DNA of 55,274 bases from Candidatus Omnitrophota bacterium. Lineage in GTDB: Bacteria > Omnitrophota > Gorgyraeia > Zapsychrales > Zapsychraceae. The notes under the pieces were generated by a model. The model did not search any database. It was given only the letters and a program-made list of their open reading frames with translations, and had not been told where the DNA came from. The stretch lies in contig JADFXQ010000001.1 of assembly GCA_015233495.1 (NCBI GenBank), positions 132,045-187,318 of the forward strand, read 5' to 3'. Both the position numbers and the translations under genes were made by a program. Of the stretch, positions 41,074 through 49,200 are shown in pieces. Position 1 is the stretch's first letter; each line of letters begins with the position of its first letter.

Positions 41074-43644
41074 ATGGAAACAACGTCCACCCCCATGCTC
41101 CAGCAGTATCACGCTCTCAAAACCAACCATCAAGATTGTATTTTATTTTTTCGGCTCGGCGATTTTTATGAAATGTTTTATGACGACGCCAAATTGGTGT
41201 CCCGTCTGCTGGACCTGGTGTTGACCTCGCGCGGCAAAGGCACGGACCACGCAGTGCCGATGTGCGGGTTTCCGCATCACGCCGCGGACAATTATATCAG
41301 CCGATTGGTTAAAGCGGGACATAAAATCGCGATTTGTGATCAGCTGGAAGACCCGGCTTTGGCCAAGGGATTGGTCAAACGCGACGTGACCCGGATCATA
41401 ACGGCCGGGACCTATCTCGACGAAAACAGCCCGGCTAACCGCCATATTGTCAGCCTCTGTCCCAATCAAAAAAATATCGGGTTCGCCTTCATTGATCCGA
41501 CCGAAGGCACGATCCACGCGAATGAATATCCGATCGGCTCCTCCCGCATGACGGAATTGATCGGCAGTCTATCCGTGCAGGAATGTCTGTTCCCGGACAC
41601 CGCGGAAGAATCGGTGCGGGCTTTGTTCCGGATGCCGCTGTTGGCCGGACGCCGCGTTCTCTTAAGTCCAAACGCGGCTTGGAGTTTTAACCCGGATATC
41701 AGCCGCAATACTTTGCGGGAACATTTTGGCGTCCACAATTTAAGCGGCTTCGGGCTGGAAGATAAACACTCAGCCATTGCCGCGGCCGGCGCATTGTTGG
41801 AATATTTGCGGCAAATGAATAAACAGCCGCTTAAACATATTGACCGGCTTTCCCTATATATTGATGAAGACACCGTATTCATATCTCCGGCCGCCCGCCT
41901 CGGCCTGGAACTCGATTCGCTCATTGAAACCCTAGACCGGACTGTGTCGCCTTTGGGTCGGCGGATGTTCCGGCAATGGCTGTCGCATCCTTTAAATAAT
42001 CCCGAGCGGATCAAGGCGCGGCAACACGCCGTCAAAGTCCCTCGTCCCGACGTCAATACCCAGCGCGATCTGGAAAATCTCTTGTCCGCAGTGCCGGACA
42101 TTGAAAAAAATATTTCCCGCTTGAGTTGCGGGTACACGCATCCCAAGGATTTGTTGGCCTTGCGCAACACCTTGGACTTGGTCCCGCGGTTGCGGCAACT
42201 GACGATGCCGCTCGCCGAACAGAATTCCTTGTTTACGCTCGAAGATATTCCGGATCTGCGCCAACTCTTGACCACGGCCGTCAACCCGGATATGCCGATC
42301 GGCCAACCGGAAGGCCAGGTCGTGCTGGCAGGATATGACAAAGAACTCGACGAGTTGCGCGATTTGCAGGCCCATGGCCGCGAATGGCTGGCCCAGTTTC
42401 AGAAAAATGAGATCAAGCGCACGGGGATCAATTCTCTTAAAGTCGGATTCAACCGGGTGTTTGGTTATTATATTGAAATTACCAACGCGCATAAAAACGC
42501 GGCGCCTGCCGATTATATCCGCAAACAGACCTTAGTCAACGGCGAGCGGTATATCACGCCGGAACTCAAGGAATACGAGGAGAAAATCCTGACTGCCCAG
42601 GAAAAAATATTAAAAATCGAAAACCGGATCATTGGCGTTTTGCGCGCCGCGGTCTTGAACAATACTCCGGCCTTGCATCAACTCGGGCATTCGTTGGCGA
42701 CCTTAGATTGTATCTGCGCTTCGACCCGGCTCGCCGGAGAACAAGGCTATATCTGCCCGGAGATTGATGAAGGCACGGTCATTGATATTAAGGAAGGCCG
42801 GCATCCGGTCGTCGAGAAAATCGCGGCCGAGGCGTTTGTGCCGAATGACACGTTACTGGATTGCGCCGAAAATCATCTGATCATCTTAACCGGGCCGAAC
42901 ATGGCCGGGAAGTCCACCTATATCCGGCAAACCGCGATTTTGGTCATCATGGCGCAGGCCGGATTGTTCATCCCCGCGGTGTCGGCGAAGATCGGCGTGG
43001 TCGACCGGGTGTTCACCCGCATCGGCGCGCATGACGATATTGCCAAAGGCCAAAGCACGTTTATGGTCGAGATGAACGAAACCGCGGACATCTTGAATAA
43101 TTTGACGGGCCGCAGTCTCGTCATTCTCGACGAGATCGGCCGCGGCACGAGCACCTTTGACGGGTTGAGTCTGGCCTGGGCCTTGGCCGAGCATTTGCAA
43201 ACCACAAAAGCCCGGACTTTGTTTGCTACGCATTTTCATGAACTGACCGCACTTGCCGACGGGCGCACTGGAATTAAAAATTATAATGTCGCGGTCAAAG
43301 AATGGCAGGACGAAGTGATTTTTTTGCACAAGATCATTCCCGGCAGCGCGGATGACAGCTACGGTATTTATGTCGCGAAATTAGCCGGCATCCCGGCGCC
43401 GGTCATTGCCCGGGCAAAAAAAATCCTGACGCAATTGGAATTGAAACAGGATCTAAAATCCTCGCTGACCGGACAGGCGGCGAAAAGCGAGGAACAGTTT
43501 AACCTGTTCACGGCGGCGACGGATTCTATCGCAGAAAAATTAAGACAGTCGATCCTGGAGATCGATATTGAATATTTAACGCCGATTCAAGCGTTAAACA
43601 AACTCGCGGAATTACGAAGGATCGCAGATCATGAAAAAAGTTAA
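41074..43644 (+). CDS. mutS: DNA mismatch repair protein MutS
   Basis: TPMLQQY..LK, FFRLGDFYEMF, LTGPNMAGKSTYIRQ, STFMVEM, ILDEIGRGTST and FATHFHEL motifs. Start placed at ATG 41074. Confidence 0.98.
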   Translation: METTSTPMLQQYHALKTNHQDCILFFRLGDFYEMFYDDAKLVSRLLDLVLTSRGKGTDHAVPMCGFPHHAADNYISRLVKAGHKIAICDQLEDPALAKGLVKRDVTRIITAGTYLDENSPANRHIVSLCPNQKNIGFAFIDPTEGTIHANEYPIGSSRMTELIGSLSVQECLFPDTAEESVRALFRMPLLAGRRVLLSPNAAWSFNPDISRNTLREHFGVHNLSGFGLEDKHSAIAAAGALLEYLRQMNKQPLKHIDRLSLYIDEDTVFISPAARLGLELDSLIETLDRTVSPLGRRMFRQWLSHPLNNPERIKARQHAVKVPRPDVNTQRDLENLLSAVPDIEKNISRLSCGYTHPKDLLALRNTLDLVPRLRQLTMPLAEQNSLFTLEDIPDLRQLLTTAVNPDMPIGQPEGQVVLAGYDKELDELRDLQAHGREWLAQFQKNEIKRTGINSLKVGFNRVFGYYIEITNAHKNAAPADYIRKQTLVNGERYITPELKEYEEKILTAQEKILKIENRIIGVLRAAVLNNTPALHQLGHSLATLDCICASTRLAGEQGYICPEIDEGTVIDIKEGRHPVVEKIAAEAFVPNDTLLDCAENHLIILTGPNMAGKSTYIRQTAILVIMAQAGLFIPAVSAKIGVVDRVFTRIGAHDDIAKGQSTFMVEMNETADILNNLTGRSLVILDEIGRGTSTFDGLSLAWALAEHLQTTKARTLFATHFHELTALADGRTGIKNYNVAVKEWQDEVIFLHKIIPGSADDSYGIYVAKLAGIPAPVIARAKKILTQLELKQDLKSSLTGQAAKSEEQFNLFTAATDSIAEKLRQSILEIDIEYLTPIQALNKLAELRRIADHEKS

Positions 43645-43770
43645 GAAAATATCACTGATAAAACTTCTATCAAAAATCCGACCGTCAAATATCCATAAAG
43701 AAATAAATTTTGGCAAACCACAAGGCAAAGAAATTTGGTAACATATTCAGCAGCGATAGACCACACACTT

Positions 43771-45570
43771 ATGTCAAAAGTCACAATCCTCTCTCCAGAA
43801 GTCATCAGCAAAATCGCGGCCGGCGAGGTCGTGGAGCGGCCGGCGTCTGTGGTTAAGGAACTTCTGGAAAATAGTTTAGACGCCGGCGCGGACCGTGTTG
43901 CGATCGTGTTGGAGGAAGCGGGGAAAAAATTGATCCGTGTCGAAGACAATGGCTGCGGGATTGATCCCGGGGATTTGGACCGATTGTTCCACCGTCACGC
44001 GACCAGCAAAATCCAGACCGCGGATGATCTATTTGACATTCACTCGCTCGGCTTCCGCGGCGAAGCGCTTTACAGCATCGCGGCGGTCGGCGACGTGACC
44101 TTGCAGACCAAGACCGCGGATTCCGATTCCGGCTGGCTCGTCCATACCCGCGGCAGTGAGCGACTCGCGAAAAAACCCTGCAATTTCGCCGGGACCGGAA
44201 CGATCATGTCCGTCCAGGAATTGTTTTTCAACACGCCGGCCCGGAAAAAATTTCTGAAAGCCGACACAGCGGAATTGAATCAAATTTTGCATATCTTCAT
44301 TCCCTACGCGATTAGCCGGCCCGGGTGCCGGATGAAACTCGACCATAACGGCCGGACTCTTTATGATCTGGCGCCGGCCGACAATTTGCCGGCCCGCCTG
44401 GCGGAAGTGCTCAACATCGAACGAAAAAATCTGTTACACAACCATCACTATTTCGGCGACACAAAAACCGACATCGAGCTCATCTTAGGCGACATTAACC
44501 TGGCCCGTCCCCGGCGTGATATGCAGTATATTTTCGTAAACGGCCGGCCCGTGCAAAACAAGGCTATCACCTTTCACGTCAATCAAGTCTATCGCCTGCT
44601 GCTTCCCGGCGAAGTCGCGCCCGTGTTCGCAATTTTGATCAACCTGCCGCCGGAGGACGTTGACACCAATATCCATCCGACCAAACGGGAAGTCAAAATC
44701 AAAAACGAAAGCGCGTTGGGCGGCTTGCTGAAAAGTTTTTGTGAACAGGTTTTGATGACTGGAAGCAAGGCCAAATCCGTAATTTTCGAATCACCCGCGG
44801 CGGCTCCGACACCGGACAGCCCTCGACTCTACGAAACAATAGACGGAAAGCCGACAGACGCGCCCGAAGTGCGCGAAGACACGGCGGTTTATCGGGCCAC
44901 GACCCCGACCACGGAATATTCTTATCCCAGGACCCGCGACGCGGCCCAGGAACAAGCCGAATTTTTTACTGCCTTAAGCGAAAAAACCGCAGCCGCGTCT
45001 TCCGGAAATTTGCACGAAACACTCCAAGCCGGACATTATCTCGGCGCGTTTCAAAACAAATATCTGATCTTCGCGTCCGGAGAAAGTTTATTGTTCGTCG
45101 ACCAACACGCGGCCCAGGAACGCATCCTCTTCGAACAACTGATCACGCAGATGCACAAAGGCCAAATCGAAGTGCAGCAATTGCTCACTCCGATCTTGGT
45201 CAAATTGTCGCAGCCGGAAATTTTATTATGGGAAGATGCGCAGAAAATTTTGGAAGAATTGGGATTTTCCACGACTCTGTTCGACAATGAAACCGTAGGA
45301 GTGCACAGTTGTCCGGTTTTGCTCAAAAACGCCGACCAAGTCGTGCGTGAACTCTTGGCCGGCGGCACCCTGGCCCGCGTCGACCACGAAACATTAGCCC
45401 GCCGCGCCTGCCGCGCCTCGGTCATGACCGGCGAACGCCTGACTCCCGAACAAACCGTTTACCAGCGCGGCCAGCTTTTAGCCTGCCTCAACCCCTTCAC
45501 CTGCCCCCACGGCCGCCCCACTGTAGTCGAGCTAACCATAACGGAATTAGATAAATACTTCCTGCGCTAA
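43771..45570 (+). CDS. mutL: DNA mismatch repair protein MutL (endonuclease-containing)
   Basis: IAAGEVVERPASVVKELLENSLDA, HATSK, LGFRGEAL, DQHAAQER, ACR and CPHGRP motifs. Start placed at ATG 43771. Confidence 0.98.
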   Translation: MSKVTILSPEVISKIAAGEVVERPASVVKELLENSLDAGADRVAIVLEEAGKKLIRVEDNGCGIDPGDLDRLFHRHATSKIQTADDLFDIHSLGFRGEALYSIAAVGDVTLQTKTADSDSGWLVHTRGSERLAKKPCNFAGTGTIMSVQELFFNTPARKKFLKADTAELNQILHIFIPYAISRPGCRMKLDHNGRTLYDLAPADNLPARLAEVLNIERKNLLHNHHYFGDTKTDIELILGDINLARPRRDMQYIFVNGRPVQNKAITFHVNQVYRLLLPGEVAPVFAILINLPPEDVDTNIHPTKREVKIKNESALGGLLKSFCEQVLMTGSKAKSVIFESPAAAPTPDSPRLYETIDGKPTDAPEVREDTAVYRATTPTTEYSYPRTRDAAQEQAEFFTALSEKTAAASSGNLHETLQAGHYLGAFQNKYLIFASGESLLFVDQHAAQERILFEQLITQMHKGQIEVQQLLTPILVKLSQPEILLWEDAQKILEELGFSTTLFDNETVGVHSCPVLLKNADQVVRELLAGGTLARVDHETLARRACRASVMTGERLTPEQTVYQRGQLLACLNPFTCPHGRPTVVELTITELDKYFLR

Positions 45571-45636
45571 CCTTAGCAGATCCGGGATCTACCACGGTCA
45601 CTGCGGCCTTTTTTTGAGCAGGCTGAATGTTTAAGC

Positions 45637-45672
45637 CGTACTCGGAAAAAGTCGTGACTTTTTCCGAGTACG
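45637..45672. repeat. 17-bp perfect inverted repeat downstream of mutL
   Basis: CGTACTCGGAAAAAGTC-GT-GACTTTTTCCGAGTACG. No flanking U-tract. Confidence 0.8.
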
Positions 45673-45713
45673 CCGTGAGCCACCATCTTTGCAATCTTTG
45701 CAAACCAGATCTA

Positions 45714-45753
45714 TTGACAGGGTATCATAAAAATGGTATATTTTTTATACCAT
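45714..45753 (+). promoter_or_regulatory. brnTA promoter with overlapping palindromic operator
   Basis: TTGACA (45714-19)-17 nt-TATATT (45737-42) with a TGn extension. ATGGTATA-N5-TATACCAT (45733-45753) overlaps the -10 and the start codon. Confidence 0.8.
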
Positions 45754-46015
45754 GAAAGAGTTCGAATATGATCATCAAAAAAGTTTATCCAATTTGAAGA
45801 AACACGGAATAAACTTTGAGGAAGCTCAAAGGCTTTGGGATGACCCGGATTTGGTCGAGATCCCGGCCCGGCTGGAGGATGAGCCGCGATTCCTGATAAT
45901 CGGAAAACTAAATGGGAAAACGTGGGTCGGGGTCATTACTTATCGGCGTGATCGGATTCGGATTATATCCGTTCGACGTGCCAGCCCCATCGAGGAGGCA
46001 TTTTATGAAAGCTAA
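45752..46015 (+). CDS. brnT: BrnT family toxin (RelE-like RNase)
   Basis: FEYD..KS.SNL.KHGI.FEEA, E.R...IG and RIRIISVRRA motifs. Confidence 0.93.
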   Translation: MKEFEYDHQKSLSNLKKHGINFEEAQRLWDDPDLVEIPARLEDEPRFLIIGKLNGKTWVGVITYRRDRIRIISVRRASPIEEAFYES

Positions 46016-46238
46016 ACAATTCGACGCCCTGTTCGATGCGGGGAAAGACGTGACAAGGTATTTGGATTTGGCGAAAGCGCGGCGCGGCGGCCAGGAAATC
46101 AAACGCGTTAATGTGGATTTTCCCGTCTGGATGCTCAACTCGCTCGATCGGGAAGCCGGTCGTCTCGGCATTACGCGGCAGGCAGTCATCAAAGTTTTAG
46201 TCGCTGAACATTTTCATGCCGCGATGCAAAAGAATTAA
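46005..46238 (+). CDS. brnA: BrnA/CopG-type RHH antitoxin
   Basis: MKA..FD..FD.G.D, KRVNVDFP.WM...LD.EA..LG.TRQ..IK motifs. GAGGAGG RBS; overlaps the end of brnT. Confidence 0.88.
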   Translation: MKAKQFDALFDAGKDVTRYLDLAKARRGGQEIKRVNVDFPVWMLNSLDREAGRLGITRQAVIKVLVAEHFHAAMQKN

Positions 46239-46288
46239 CTTGGAAATACGACGGAAATCCGAAGAAGATCCGAAATTTTTCCGGCGGC

Positions 46289-49200
46289 TTACCGCAAAAT
46301 ACCCAGATACTCAATGAGCACCTCGGTCGGATTCGGCGGACCCCAAAACAAACCGGCAACCGCCCGATTGCCCCGGAAAGGGTTTCCGACGTCCAACCTT
46401 GCCAACACAACCCGTCCCCAAAAGAAAAACACCAAAACAACCGCCACAAACTTCATCCTCCGCCGCGGCTTTTGCGTCCGCACCGGCGTGGATGAGGATT
46501 GCACTGTCGACCCGTATGGAGAGGCACCGGTCGGATTGTCTGATAAAGAGCCGTCGGCGTCGCCGCTCAAAGTAAGAACGTCGTTCTCGGTAATTCGCGC
46601 AATGTTTTTTTCCTCCAGGACCATTTGAATGGCCATCGCCCGTTCTTTTTTATAAGGCATTTTTAATTTTTCAAAAACCATTTTGACTTGCCGGGCCACC
46701 GCGTTATCGTTTGTCTCAATATCAGCCTTGATCCGCTCCAACATGGCCCGGCTGCTCAACGCTGTTGTTTCAGGCGATAACCCGCGAACTTGCTCCCCGG
46801 CTTTTGCTTGCAGAAGCGTCCATTGATCATGGCTCACTTGATCTTGGCAAGACGCGACGCCTTTCAAGATTGCCTCAATTTCTTCCGGCGTGCGGCACTT
46901 TGCCAGCGCTTTGATCGCCGCAACAACTCTTTTCCGGGGCGGCGCTTCTGTTGGTTCACCGATTTCCGCGGCCGGATGCTCCTCCCCCGCTGCTGATCCT
47001 TTACCGTGTTTTTTCTTTTTTCCGTGTTTTATCTCCACAGCGCCATAATCATCGCTGGCGCCCGAAATGGCCACTGTCTCTTCGTCGACTTTCAAATCCT
47101 CTTCTTCGTCATCCACAACGGGCATCCACCCATCCACCGCGGCGGTTTCAAGACCGGTCTCGTCTTCCTCACCCGGGGCCGGCGTTGGCTCCCGGCGAGT
47201 TTTGAAAATTTCTTCCGCGGCGAGCAGTTCCGCTTCGCTGACCCCGCTGATCCGCGCTAATATACCCAACATCATCTGTATGTGATCGTTCGCCAAATCA
47301 TGTCCTTTAATCACGAACCAATGCGCGATTTCGCTTAACCGCGACACGAAGACCATGTCTTCTTCAATGGTTCGGGCCGCTAAAATCCGATACACGTGGA
47401 CCGGCCGGGTCTGCCCGATCCGATGAACGCGGAACATCGCTTGTAAAAATTCCTGGAACGTCCACGGGATATCGACAAAAAGTACGTGATTCGCGGCCTG
47501 AATATTCAGCGATTCGCCGCCCGTGCCCAATGTCACAATCAAAACTCCTCTCCCGGAAAAAGCGTTAAATCGGCTTAATTTTTCCTGCCGCTCCGCCGCG
47601 CTGTCACTGCCGGAAATCATGACACACGCTTCGGGATAATCCCGGGCTAATACCGCGTGAAGATATCGCGCCACTCCTACATACCGCGTGAAAACCAGCG
47701 ATTTTTCTTCCTGGTCCGCGGCGCGGCCGACAATCTCACCGACCTTGTTGTATTTCGCGTTTTGCGCCATGTCCATATCCGGATCTTCCTCGCCCGCGGT
47801 GGCCAACCCGACGCTGATCGCGGCCTGACGCAACTTTTCCATTTTCATGAGCATCACAATCCACGGGGTCAGCCCAAGCCTGCCCCGCACCCAGAGATGA
47901 AATTGATCGCGTGTTTCGTCATAAAACCGTCGATGTTCTTCCGGCAGATCAACATACTCGTTATGAATTTCGACCGGCGGCAGATCACCGGCCACGTCAA
48001 TTTTCAACCGCGCCAACATAAACGGGGATATATCTCGTTGAAACGCGAACGGGTCGCGGCAACTTTGCTTAAACGCACCCAAGGACGGAAACAATTCCGG
48101 GGTCAACCAATGAAACAGATAATACAATTTTTTCAGCCGCCGTCCGACCAAAGGCGTCGCGGTCAGCAACAATTGATGTTCCGCTTGAAAATCCATGACC
48201 GCGTTTGTCTGTAACGTATCGTTGCGGATCCGGTGGGCCTCGTCGACAATGATAAAATCGAAAGGAATGGCTTTCAATTGCGCCCGCAAGCCGGAATTGT
48301 CCGAGCGCAAGGCTTCATAATTGACGACCACAAACGTCGCCGCAGCCAGATCTTCCCTCGACGAGTCTTTTCCCCAGACCCAAACCGCGCCCGGTTCTAC
48401 GTCGAGCGAATCGCGAATCTCGATCTCCCACCATTCCATGGCGCTTTTCGGACACACCACCATAATTTTCGGCATTCTGTCCGTCCGGCAATTGACCGCC
48501 GCCGCGATCGCGGTCAATGTTTTCCCAGTGCCGCATTCATCGGCCAATAAAAACTTTTTCCGTTCCAATATTCTTTGAACCGCTGCCAATTGAAACAGCC
48601 GCAGAAGTTTTTTCAAAGGCCGATGCAACCGATAACTTCCCAAAGATTTAAAATACCGGCTGACGTTTGCGTAAGCCAAACGCAACAATGGCGCGTTGCT
48701 CTCATCCGCGGCTTCCTGATCCAAATCCGCGGTCAATTCCGCCAAAGTGCAATCCGCTAACAGCGCGTAAGTGCGTTCGATCAACACCGCGGTGAACCAC
48801 TCCACATCGCTGGTCTGAAACGGCAATTTTTCGCCGAGGTCGCGGTTTCTTTGCCAAAATTCACCCCGCGGCAAAGGCGCAGTCACCAAGGCCTGTTCTT
48901 CTTCCGTGAGCGTCACCAATCTTCTCAACAGCGCGTCTTGCGTCGCCACACTCCGGATACAAAATACCTTTGCCAAAACCGTGTATCCATGAACCAACCC
49001 ATAAGTCCGAACAACACTGCGAATCATATCCGAGTTCAACTCCATGCCCAATTCTTCCTGCTCAACCAGGGCAAAGGCATCAGGGTCAACCCTATGCAAA
49101 ATGATTCCCTCGGCGTCGCAGACCGCCAGCGGCCGGCCGTTATGAAACACAGCGGTCAAGTCCTGGCGTCCGGCCAACTCCGGTTTATTTTGCACAAATC

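Noticed and set aside
41466..42341. 291-aa antisense ORF within mutS, and similar 100-220 aa antisense ORFs over purL, purC, accA, the kinase and the SNF2 region
   Set aside because: No recognisable motifs, RBS or promoter. These are typical shadow ORFs, unlike the nested TA genes, which have family motifs and expression signals.
45908..46449. Possible continuation of the giant minus-strand frame through brnTA
   Set aside because: The giant frame stops at 46289, and the minus ORFs over brnTA are short and discontinuous.
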